A DNA stretch of 64,000 bases, taken from positions 62,001 to 126,000 of the forward strand of contig JAANOX010000242.1 of assembly GCA_020184695.1 (NCBI GenBank), given 5' to 3'. Each line of letters starts with the position of its first letter. The stretch's first letter is position 1. Below, in pieces: positions 41,980 through 52,166 of the stretch. Both the position numbers and the translations under genes were made by a program. Source of the stretch: Histomonas meleagridis 2922-C6/04-290x. Taxonomy: Eukaryota > Protista > Parabasalia. The notes under the pieces were generated by a model. It ran no database searches. It was given only the letters and a program-made list of their open reading frames with translations, and was not told where the DNA came from.

Positions 41980-43280
41980 AAATTTTTACTCATTTTTGGA
42001 ATTTGTTTGGATGCATGTTAGCTAACATGTAAATTGAGTGCGATTCTCATTATCAGGTTTGTAAATTCCATAAAAGATCTCGGCGCTTCCTGGTTTATAT
42101 TCATTTCCAAATTCTTCCGTTGTTATTATATCAATAAAATGGGTAATTCAGATTTTTCTACCAAATGTGGATGATCAACTATTCTAAACATAATATAACT
42201 TTTCTTTTTCGGGTGATTATTCCACCAACCATTATATAATCATTTATGCATTATTCACCAACATCTTTTGGTGAAAGAATTCCTTCAGATGACATATTTT
42301 CAACCTCTGATATTTCATTATCATATTTGTGATGCTTATAAATAAATCTTGCAATTAAATGCCTTTCATTTTCAATGCATAAACGAAATCGATTGATCAT
42401 TGATTTGATTAGATTGTTGGTTATGTTTTGATCGATCTTCTGTTAATATTTCTTTTATTTGATCCCAATGATCTCTCATTCTGTCATTAATCTTTAATTT
42501 TGATATCGATCATAAATTTTCTATTGGCGATAAATGGACTTTTAGACATTTCATTGTATTTGATGCATTATGGCATGGTGCCCCATCTTGTTGAGAATGG
42601 ACTTTGCTTCATTTTGATTTAATATCTTCTATTATATTGTTTCTCTTCAACATTTCAACATATCCTTTTGAATCAACATTTTTCTTTATAAATATCAATG
42701 GTGTTCTATAATTGTAACCTATTCCCGTACAAACCATTATAGATTTATTAAACTTCGCTTCTTCTGCAAAGCCACATTAATTAAAAACACCTCTTCTGAT
42801 CCACCTTCTTGAATGATCAGGGGATGAAGAAAACCTTAACTCATTTGCGATTATTACTTCACAGTTACAATCTATATAATTTTCTAGCAAAATTCAATTT
42901 TTTTCTTAATATGCATATCTGTCAAAACAGGTTTTTTCATTGGTGTTGTGAAATTAAATCCCAATTTGTGCCTTATTTGATCGACAGATCTTCATGAAAT
43001 ATTAATATTATATGTCGACAAAATGTTTTGGGATATACAAATTGAAGATTCAGTTGGGTCTTTTATTTTATTGACATATACCAGCTGTTGATTCAACGCC
43101 TAAAATTTTTGTAGGCCTTTCCCATCTTAAGTGGTGATGGGGAATTATTGGTTTTCTTATCCTCATTACTAACGCGAGAAATTATAGAGTATTACACATG
43201 CAATTCGATTGAGATATCTCTGTATGTTTTTCCATACTTGAGTTTTTCGGGGATCAAGTCCTCAATTGTGCATTTTCGCT
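41980..43280 (-). mobile_element. Inactive Tc1/mariner-superfamily transposase remnant
   Basis: HTH-like GKTYRDISIELHV, IRHKLGF, IIANELRF (degenerate first D), QQDGAPCH and LSPIENL*; many stops; no TIRs found. Confidence 0.8.
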
Positions 43281-43901
43281 TCGCTTCAGAAAAAAATTGC
43301 GCCAAAAATTGAATCAATAAAAAGACAGGAGCACGATATGTTTTTAAAAAGTTAGTTTAGATCTTTCAAGTGATCATCTTTCAACTTGATCATCTTTCAA
43401 ATTCTAATTTATAAATGATTTATTTTTTCAAATACAAAAAAATTGATCGTATCATCCTACCGACATTTTGCCTTAAGATTATATTAATTCTTATTTTTAA
43501 AAATTAAGATTTTAATATATCATAAATGAATTTCGAGAGATACAAAAATTAATATTGTAAAAATTATATATAAATTATATGATATAAAATTGGAAAAAAT
43601 TTCATAACACATAGAGAAATTATTGAATAATTCATTATCCATTATAAATCTTAATCTTTTTTTCCTTTCTCAATGTTAATTTAGCTTTTTAAGAAAAATC
43701 ATATTGTAATGCAAAAATAAGTGCTCTATTAAATAATTTATTCATCAACATTATCTCATTTTTATTTAACAGAAAAAGTTTTTACAGAAGATAAAATTTC
43801 TATTTTCCTGCTAATCACTCCAATAATTATTTGATTTTTAAGATAATTTATTCACTTAATAAATTCCAAATATCATTTTTTTTACAAAACATTATAATTA
43901 A

Positions 43902-45278
43902 TTATATCGATATAATATTTTTTGTTTCTGCTTCCCATTGACTCATTAGCCTATTTGTACCAGAGTGTTGTTCAAGTGATCCCTCACCACACTCGAAAAC
44001 CAAAACTTTTCCATCACTACATCCCACGATCAATGTTCCAGGAAAGCTTTCATCCCATTTTACTTTCACTGCGTTTAATGCATCGAACGTTATTAATGGT
44101 TCCGAGAAGCTTTTATACAAATCCAATATTGCAACTCTATCAACGAGCGCTAGTGCGACAACGGAAGGGAAACTTGCCGACCATGCGACATCTTTTATTT
44201 GTGAGTTAATAATTTTGGTTGATTTCAATGGGTCTTTCGATACACTATTATGCATACACAATGTCTCATCGATACCAACAGAAAGAAATAGCCCCGGAGC
44301 AAGAGGACATATCGAAATAGAAAGAACTGGTCCTGTGTGACCCGTATGAAATTGTCTTTCCCGTGCAACAAGAGAAGATTCAAATGGAAGTGGAATTCTT
44401 ACAATTGCTCCACTTTCAAGTCCAACTAACGCATCAGTCGTGTTTGGTATGACTGAAAGACATATAATGGACCCGTCCTTCTCAGAAACACGAAGAGTTG
44501 TACACTGCTCAAGAAACTTTGTCCGCGAGTTCCGCCCTTTAAGTGTCCAAACACACATCAAACCGCCAATCGACGCTGAAACAAGAGCAAGAACAGTCTG
44601 TCTATCAGAGAGCCAATCAAGGGAAACAATCTCATCAACGTGAGTTTCGCCGAGTTTAGTTTGCGCCCATTTATCGTTGTTTCGAATTATTGTGATTTCC
44701 CCCGTATGATGTCCAACAGAAATAATGGCTGGATAATGTGGATGGAACTTTATGGAAGTAACACATGCTTCAAGAGGAATTTGATGTTTGGTAGAACTAA
44801 CTGTGGAGAGAAGATATAATTGTGAATTATGCCTGCAAAATCCATAATGATTTTGAAGCTTAAGACCAACAGCAACAGTGGAACCTGTGCAGTTGCAATC
44901 AAGAGATGTAACAGTGTATTGAGGATTTGTATCAAATTGATTTTTAAGATTAATGCTTTGGTGGGTGGACTTCTTCTCAAGATATTGATATGCTGATGTA
45001 GGAGTTAACTCTTTTAAAACAATTGGTTCAACTTTGCGGAGAAATTTGTAAAGATCTTTTTCATTAACATTGATTGTTTCATAGCGAGGTGCTGAATAAT
45101 TAATTCCCTTGTCTTCTCTGGAATTTGATGATGTTTCTTCATCAACTTTAGACGAAATTAAATCATCTGACGTTTGAACTTCAACTGTTTTAAATTTTTT
45201 CTTTGAAGAAACTCCAACAGCTCCAGAGTCAAATGAAACTGTATCTTGTGAATTATCATTAAAAGTTCTTGAAGACAT
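43902..45278 (-). CDS. WDR34: WD40 dynein-2 intermediate chain (WDR34-like)
   Basis: LC8-binding-like VEVQT, FLRKVEPIVLKEL, LDCNCTGSTVAVG, FHPHYPAII, HTGPVLSISICP..GLFLSVGID. Confidence 0.75.
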   Translation of the reverse strand: MSSRTFNDNSQDTVSFDSGAVGVSSKKKFKTVEVQTSDDLISSKVDEETSSNSREDKGINYSAPRYETINVNEKDLYKFLRKVEPIVLKELTPTSAYQYLEKKSTHQSINLKNQFDTNPQYTVTSLDCNCTGSTVAVGLKLQNHYGFCRHNSQLYLLSTVSSTKHQIPLEACVTSIKFHPHYPAIISVGHHTGEITIIRNNDKWAQTKLGETHVDEIVSLDWLSDRQTVLALVSASIGGLMCVWTLKGRNSRTKFLEQCTTLRVSEKDGSIICLSVIPNTTDALVGLESGAIVRIPLPFESSLVARERQFHTGHTGPVLSISICPLAPGLFLSVGIDETLCMHNSVSKDPLKSTKIINSQIKDVAWSASFPSVVALALVDRVAILDLYKSFSEPLITFDALNAVKVKWDESFPGTLIVGCSDGKVLVFECGEGSLEQHSGTNRLMSQWEAETKNIISI

Positions 45279-45464
45279 ATTTTTGTAATTTTTTCCTTAT
45301 TAACGTTTTTTTGGCTTAAACGTTCGCTATCTTTTATGTGTTTTATCAAACTACAAACATGAACAAATCGTAATTATTTAGAAATAAACGCATGCTTCAG
45401 CACGATGACATGATTTTAAACTTTTATGAAGAATTTAATAACACTAATTTTTATTACAAATTTA

Positions 45465-48400
45465 TTATTTAATAACATTTCCATAAACAGGAATTTTCAT
45501 TTCTCCTTGATTTGAAATCAATAAGAAATACGTGTCTATTTCACCGATTTTCTTTGGTTCAATTTCCAACTTAATCTTAAGTTTAAGTCCTGGTGCCACT
45601 ATTCCAGGCACTGTTAGAACTCTAACAGAAGTATTTTTTGGCTTTGAGAAGCTATATTTTAAAGGTGCTTTTCCTATATTTGTTAATATGAATTGTGCAT
45701 GTGCTTTTTTTCCTAATTTTACATCACCAAAATCAACATAATCTTGTTTTGATGTTGTCTGTGGTCGTGATACCTCAGTTTTATAAAATCCTAAATCAGC
45801 TGGTCTTCTTGGAGAAATAATCATTTTTGTTGGTCTGAATGATACAGGATCTTTTGGAGGTTTATCCATTCTAACATTAGGGTCAGGCATATCATAAAGC
45901 TTTGCACTCTTTGGGATTGGCTTTGGGAGACATTTTTTACATTCTGGAAGAACAACGAATTCGGATTCGGGCGATAGCCAATAATTCAATGGTTTATTGC
46001 GCTTGACGAAGTTCATTTGACTTTGAGCGATTTGTAGTCTTGGCTCAGGTGTAAGCACTGGAACTCGAATAATTTCAGGAGGTTCTACTTTAGGGTTTAT
46101 TTCCTCTAAGTAAACTTTTTCATTTTCTTTCATTATTTGTTGTATTTTTTCTCTCAGATCATGAAAAAACAGATTAAATTCTATTTGATCCGATAAAATT
46201 TGATTTACATCTTCTTTTGCTTCATCCAAATTTCTTTTTCTTCTCGAAGAAGATTTTGGTATTTGTAATTTCCGCAATATATTATTACGTGTAATTTTAT
46301 CAATAAAATCATGTTTTAAATATGCTTTATTATTATTTAATGTTTTTATATCATGAGTCGTAATTATATTAAACTTTTGATTTAATAATATAAATTCTTT
46401 ATTCTTTTGTGTTAAATTTCGTGTTTTGTTCATAAAGAAATTCTCATGAACAAATTCTGTTGATGATAAATCAGAACGAACAGCAAAGAATCTTGGCGTC
46501 AAGTCAGAAAGAATTAAATTCATTTGTTGTTCATTCATTGTATCTTTAAATGGCTGAATTTTACCCCATTTAGATTCGACAAAATTTGTTTTTCTCTTTG
46601 GATTTAAATTTGCTAATATACCAAACGATTGTACACCTGATTTATTAGCGAAAAATATTTTTTCATTTGATTTAATTTGACAACAATCAAATGTTAATGA
46701 AAGAGTTTTATCATTCTTTAAATTCATATCAATTATTTTATTTTTATATTCTATTAATGAATCGTTAACAGAAATTTTTTGTTTATCTAAAACAAATTTA
46801 TATTTATTAAAAGAAAAAATATATTCATTAGATTTATATGTAATAATTGGAAAATTATAAATTTCATATGTACAATAATTTTTATATTGATGAATTTTAA
46901 TATTATCTGTAATTATTATTGTTCTACTTTCATCTTTATTAATATAAATATGTATATATTCATCATCGCGAATAATTTGTTTTGTTTTTGTATCGAAATT
47001 TTTTACTAAAATTTGTTTTGTTTTTGTGTATTCTAAATTATTTGTTCCTTTAATACATGTATCACCATTTAAGTCAATCCAAATCCATTTATTTTGATCA
47101 TATTTTCCAATTTCTCCTTTTTTAGTAATTATAATTTTTATTTCATTTATTTCACATATGAAATTTCCATTACTTATTATATATTTTTTATTATTTGATG
47201 TCAAATTTAAGTTTATAAAATTATATACAAGTGAAAAATTATTTATTAAAATAGTAAAATCATTTTCTTTAAAATATAAATTCATTTTTGGATCTTTAAT
47301 ATAAACATTAATTGAATCTTTTGTCGATTGAATTTTTTTGTTTTTTAATGTAATTTCATATGAAAAAGAATATAACTCATTAATTATACTTCTTTTTATA
47401 TTAACTCTAATTCCATTCTCAATATAATATGGATAATTGTATTCAATTGTTTTGTTATATTTCATTGGAAGTTTATAAAAATGTTTTTCTGTTTCTAATT
47501 GCTTTAAAAAAGATGGAAATATTTGGTCAACATCAAAATTCGTTGTCAAGACAAAATTTCGTTGTTTTTTATCATTTTCTGTTTTTTCTGGTTCTTTCAT
47601 ACTCATAAAATCTGTGGCGCCTTCGCTTGTTGGAGGCATAAAAAATGTTACTTTTGGCCTACCAACAAATCTGGTGATTGATGGAATTACTAAAATCCAT
47701 AATACACCAGCAGGTTCTTCCAAAAATGTATCAAAAATGTAATTGTCTTTATCAATTTCTTTTAAGGCTTCTGTGATATGTTTATACTCGATGGTATATT
47801 GGAATAATTTCCACTCATTAAAATTTGATGGGTATCCAAGTTTCATTTTTTTGTTCAAATTGGAGATCATTAGCTCATATCTATGGCCTGCTGAAGCACG
47901 AAAATTTTCAAAATCATGGTAAAATTTAAATAATAATTTCGAAATTTTATAGTTTTCTTCTTTTAATTTCCATTTTACAATTGGATATAGTATCCAATAA
48001 TATTGTTCAGCAACTTTATTATAATAGGTAAATGGTTTTCCTGTATTTGTGTAAATGTAAGTTTTGTGAAGATTTGAGCGGCCGTTTAAAAATATTTTGT
48101 CTATCGGTGACGGTTTTGATCGGACACTAACGGTTTCCCAATTATTGGATTGAAGGTAACACAACATATTTTTAATGGGACTTTCGTCATTTTGCTTATG
48201 AAACTCTTCTAAATCAGCCATGCACTGTAAAATCTGTGGGATTATATGGAAAGTTGAATTGCCAATTGAATTGAAATATCTATTTCTACAATCAGTAATG
48301 AGTGAAATATAATGCTGAAGTGATTTCCAAGCTTCGTTAGTTGTTGCTACATTCTCGATTTCACTAAAAACAATTGATGGATCACATGTGGATTGTAATG

Positions 48401-48986
48401 AATTCCATCTTAGAGGAGGAAATGTGTTTGCATTAAAGATCGAATCAAGTTCGCTTCCTTTGATGAAAGTCTTTTTGGATATTTGTTTCGAGCGACGAAT
48501 AATTGGTTCTTCTTTATTTATCTCGTTTGATTGCTTATGTACTGCGATAAACGCTGATATGTTAATCACTTTGCACATTCGTTTGAGTTGTTTTGGAACA
48601 TAGGGAAATCCAATAATACAAAATACAATGTCTGCTTTTCCTTCATAAAGTTGATTTTCCTCAGTAACGCGAGTTGCAGCTAATGACGAGTTACCTCGAG
48701 TTTGCTTTTTTTCTAACATCATTTGGATTTTCTTTTTATGATCCCTAACTTTTGAAATTTCTGTTTCGATTTTTCCGGAAATTCCTTTAACTATACTATG
48801 AGTTTGATGCTTTTTTCCCCCTTTGAATGATCTTCCTGATGACTCAAGATAATCGTTTGCATTGATAGGAATAAAAGTTTTTTTTGAATTTGTTTTTGCA
48901 TAATCAATAAAATCTTGGATTCCGAAAGCAGGGTGAACAACATCTAAAGTGAAAACAAATGCACGAATTAATGTTTCTTCGCACAT
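45465..48986 (-). CDS. SPAG17/PF6-like central-pair protein with a C-terminal PapD/ASH domain
   Basis: C-terminal VDFGDVKLG..FILTNIG..PGIVAPGLKLKIKLEI; 1173-aa ORF. Confidence 0.55.
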   Translation of the reverse strand: MCEETLIRAFVFTLDVVHPAFGIQDFIDYAKTNSKKTFIPINANDYLESSGRSFKGGKKHQTHSIVKGISGKIETEISKVRDHKKKIQMMLEKKQTRGNSSLAATRVTEENQLYEGKADIVFCIIGFPYVPKQLKRMCKVINISAFIAVHKQSNEINKEEPIIRRSKQISKKTFIKGSELDSIFNANTFPPLRWNSLQSTCDPSIVFSEIENVATTNEAWKSLQHYISLITDCRNRYFNSIGNSTFHIIPQILQCMADLEEFHKQNDESPIKNMLCYLQSNNWETVSVRSKPSPIDKIFLNGRSNLHKTYIYTNTGKPFTYYNKVAEQYYWILYPIVKWKLKEENYKISKLLFKFYHDFENFRASAGHRYELMISNLNKKMKLGYPSNFNEWKLFQYTIEYKHITEALKEIDKDNYIFDTFLEEPAGVLWILVIPSITRFVGRPKVTFFMPPTSEGATDFMSMKEPEKTENDKKQRNFVLTTNFDVDQIFPSFLKQLETEKHFYKLPMKYNKTIEYNYPYYIENGIRVNIKRSIINELYSFSYEITLKNKKIQSTKDSINVYIKDPKMNLYFKENDFTILINNFSLVYNFINLNLTSNNKKYIISNGNFICEINEIKIIITKKGEIGKYDQNKWIWIDLNGDTCIKGTNNLEYTKTKQILVKNFDTKTKQIIRDDEYIHIYINKDESRTIIITDNIKIHQYKNYCTYEIYNFPIITYKSNEYIFSFNKYKFVLDKQKISVNDSLIEYKNKIIDMNLKNDKTLSLTFDCCQIKSNEKIFFANKSGVQSFGILANLNPKRKTNFVESKWGKIQPFKDTMNEQQMNLILSDLTPRFFAVRSDLSSTEFVHENFFMNKTRNLTQKNKEFILLNQKFNIITTHDIKTLNNNKAYLKHDFIDKITRNNILRKLQIPKSSSRRKRNLDEAKEDVNQILSDQIEFNLFFHDLREKIQQIMKENEKVYLEEINPKVEPPEIIRVPVLTPEPRLQIAQSQMNFVKRNKPLNYWLSPESEFVVLPECKKCLPKPIPKSAKLYDMPDPNVRMDKPPKDPVSFRPTKMIISPRRPADLGFYKTEVSRPQTTSKQDYVDFGDVKLGKKAHAQFILTNIGKAPLKYSFSKPKNTSVRVLTVPGIVAPGLKLKIKLEIEPKKIGEIDTYFLLISNQGEMKIPVYGNVIK

Positions 48987-49154
48987 CTCTTTCTAAACGG
49001 CAATCCCATTGTAAAATATACGTTAGCAAATTCATGGTAAACTCACTTTCAAACAGCAAATCCACAGCGTCAATTTCACCACAAATCAAATCACAACTCA
49101 AATTTCTCTATAATCAAACAGCAGCTTGCACCAAATTCGCATTCACCAGCAGCC

Positions 49155-49497
49155 ACATAGTACTTACGCCACAAATATAATCACACAAACTTCTATAACC
49201 AAATTCACATTCACACAGTACTTACGCCACAAATATAATCACTCAAACTTCTATAACCAAATTCACATTCACACAGTACTTACGCCACAAATATAATCAC
49301 ACAAACTTCTATAACCAAATTCACATTCACACAGTACTTACGCCACAAATATAATCACACAAACTTCTATAACCAAATTCACATTCACACAGTACTTACG
49401 CCACAAATATAATCACTCAAACTTCTATAACCAAATTCACATTCACACAGTACTTACGCCACAAATATAATCACTCAAACTTCTATAACCAAATTCG
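49155..49497. repeat. Tandem array, 6 copies of a 58-bp C/A-rich unit, flanked by an 18-bp direct repeat
   Basis: AGTACTTACGCC recurs at 49159, 49217, 49275, 49333, 49391 and 49449; CCACAGCGTCAATTTCAC occurs at 49062 and 49503. Confidence 0.95.
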
Positions 49498-49641
49498 CAC
49501 AGCCACAGCGTCAATTTCACAGATCGAATCACTCAAACTTCTCTTTACTTTCACTATATGCCGCAATTTGCTCTTTTCGAGCTGAGAGAAACTAAAAACG
49601 TATAAACGTATAACAAATTTCTATTTATTCATTAACAAATT

Positions 49642-51066
49642 TTACTTTAAAGTTCTGTACATATGTTCGTCGTCCATTGTCATTTTCTTCTCTTTCTTTT
49701 TCTTTCTGTCCTTGTCCGTCCTCATTATCGGCAGCGTGTGCGCGTAGTTCTTTTTGGTATATCTGAATCCGATGAACGCCATATTAATTATTTGGTTTTG
49801 TTCTATTTCGGGCGTATCTTCGCGTGGGACAAACTCGTCGAAGTTCGAAGTGTCCCAATCGCCGTTTAACTTTGGGACTATTGGCGGTACCATTTCCCGA
49901 ATATGATCGAAATCGATTCCCTCAAAAAACGGGTGTTCTTTGATTTGTTCGTAGTTAAACCGATATTCCTTCGAACATAACAACCTTTGGATCAACTTAA
50001 TTGCGTTTAAGCTGACATTTGTATTTGCTGGAAATTTCAAAGTTTCTCTCCACTTGACAATATTTATCGCAGTTTCGCGTGCTGTGTTAGCCATGAATGG
50101 CGGAGACCCGAACAATACTTCATATAATATGATACCGAAACTCCAATAGTCCACACTTTGGTCATATGGCTTCTTCAGGAGTATTTCAGGAGCAATATAA
50201 TCCGGTGTTCCGACTGTCGAATATAATGCCTTCCGTTGGTTCATTGAATCCTTCCGTAAAAAGATGTCATTCGCGTACTTAACGTGCTGCATGTACGTAT
50301 CGGGATAACCGTCGGATTTTGCCGATAGACCAAAGTCGGTTAGTTTGATGTGCCCTGTTTTTGTGAACAACAAATTGTCGGGTTTAATGTCGCGGTGAAT
50401 GAAACCAGACTCATGTACGCTATGTATTGCTAACAATGTTTCCGCCAAATAAAATCGTGCTTCTGATTCAGTTAGGGTACCACGTTTGATTAACAAATTC
50501 ATCATATCTCCACCAGGTAAATATTCCATAACAAAATATAAGTGATTTTCATCTTGGAATGAATGAATTAATTCAACAATCCATGGATTAGTATTTGTAT
50601 CTGATGATGTTAAAACATCTCTCTCGGATATGGTGTTGTAGATTTGTTTCTTCGCGACAAGTTCACTTTTTTTTAATATCTTCATCGCATAATGATTCTT
50701 TGTAATTATGTCTTTCACTAGCCAAACATCAGCAAACGCACCACGTCCAATCTGTCGGATACGTCGGAATTGATCTTGACTAAGTTTCCTTCGTTGCTCC
50801 CTAAGAATATTTGACATCTTCTCCGCATATTCAATCTGTGATAGGCTGTTGTTGCTACGATTATCTGTCTGTTGTAAAGATTTACTTTTTTCTTCGTTCT
50901 CTTTGATGAGATTTTCATAATATGTTTCTATGAAATGTTTCACAAGCTCCACTTTGACTAACGTCTCTCGAGATGGATGAAACGGATCCGTTGAGACAGT
51001 AACCGGACCATGTTGAAGGATATTTTCTTGGTTAAATCGCCCAAAGAGTTGATCAAACCAAGTCAT
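49642..51066 (-). CDS. NDR/LATS-family AGC kinase
   Basis: IGRGAFADV, HRDIKPDNLL, DFGLS, YSTVGTPDYIAPE and the AGC C-terminal DTSNFDEF..AFIGFRY. Confidence 0.93.
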   Translation of the reverse strand: MTWFDQLFGRFNQENILQHGPVTVSTDPFHPSRETLVKVELVKHFIETYYENLIKENEEKSKSLQQTDNRSNNSLSQIEYAEKMSNILREQRRKLSQDQFRRIRQIGRGAFADVWLVKDIITKNHYAMKILKKSELVAKKQIYNTISERDVLTSSDTNTNPWIVELIHSFQDENHLYFVMEYLPGGDMMNLLIKRGTLTESEARFYLAETLLAIHSVHESGFIHRDIKPDNLLFTKTGHIKLTDFGLSAKSDGYPDTYMQHVKYANDIFLRKDSMNQRKALYSTVGTPDYIAPEILLKKPYDQSVDYWSFGIILYEVLFGSPPFMANTARETAINIVKWRETLKFPANTNVSLNAIKLIQRLLCSKEYRFNYEQIKEHPFFEGIDFDHIREMVPPIVPKLNGDWDTSNFDEFVPREDTPEIEQNQIINMAFIGFRYTKKNYAHTLPIMRTDKDRKKKKEKKMTMDDEHMYRTLK

Positions 51067-51747
51067 CAGATCTGTAAAATTAAACGGTTATTGGATTTGA
51101 GTGGTTAAATGGTCAGTGCAAATTTTTGAATTGTTTTAGTTTTTGAATGTAATATTTTACGATAAGTGGCAGAAAGAAAATAGAATTGAAACAAAGAGCG
51201 AAAACAAAGTGAAAATAATTTCAATTGTACTGTTTTTCGAAAACTGTACTTTGAAGTAACACAAATTCTAATTCAAGATTTCATAAAAAATTAAAATATA
51301 ATTTTGAAATTGAAATTAATAAGTTAAAATGCAAATTGATATTTATAAATATTATATTTTTAAAGCGCCTTTTAAGTAAAATTTATGAAAATGTAAAAAT
51401 TAATTGATTTGATAATTTTGAAATAATTTATTTGATTTTTTAAAAAATGTATAATTTTGTATTTAATTTGTTATAAATAATTATTCAATTCACTAACAAC
51501 ATTTTATAATATTTGAAATTATAATGATTTCTGATTTTGAATTATCACATGTAAATCAATTTCGATATTAATTTAATTTGATTCATTTTGCGTAACATCG
51601 AATTTAATCCAATTTTTCTAATAACAATACATATAATCATCAAACACATAAATAAAATTAAATGTTTTTTTTGCCCTTTCCGCCTGACATGATTTCCTCT
51701 GAAATATTGAATGCCCGTCAAAATTGAATGCAAAATTTTTGATTTGA

Positions 51748-52122
51748 ATGTCAAACGGCATCACCAAAAGCATTTGGGACCACTTCACATCAATGAAAGC
51801 AGGAAGGCCAACATACCACGTCAAAGCAAAGTGGATCTCCGTGTGTAATCAGGACGGCACGTCATCGTATTACGAGCTCGACAACAAAGGAAATTTGACC
51901 GACATCAAATTATTGAAAAGCAAGAATAAGGTCAGAAGCCAAAATGCCATCACGCACGCAACCAGCATGCCATGCATCGCAAAGACATCGCTCCCAATGA
52001 AGACAGAACCATCACAAATCACCCCGATATTTAACGAGAATTCAGAAGAAGTTGAAATCGACCTCCTCGAGGACTTCTTTTTTTCAAATGATTTCAACGC
52101 GTTCGAAGAGAGTTATTTCTGA
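51748..52122 (+). CDS. Small hypothetical protein with an acidic C-terminus
   Basis: 124-aa ATG ORF, GC-richer than its flanks. Confidence 0.6.
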   Translation: MSNGITKSIWDHFTSMKAGRPTYHVKAKWISVCNQDGTSSYYELDNKGNLTDIKLLKSKNKVRSQNAITHATSMPCIAKTSLPMKTEPSQITPIFNENSEEVEIDLLEDFFFSNDFNAFEESYF

Positions 52123-52166
52123 CTTTTCAATTCTTTGATACCGATATAAAATGTTTGTTAATAAAG

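Noticed and set aside
41780-43450. Terminal inverted repeats for the Tc1-like relic
   Set aside because: No convincing inverted match was found by eye; only a short TGATCATCTTTCAA tandem near 43360-43400.
49155-49497. Cys-rich peptide (CECEFGYRSLCDYICGVST) on the minus strand of the 58-bp unit
   Set aside because: 58 is not a multiple of three and the next unit hits TGA.
50083-50092. GCTAACACAG branch-like motif on the minus strand
   Set aside because: It encodes MANTA inside the uninterrupted NDR kinase ORF and has no matching donor.
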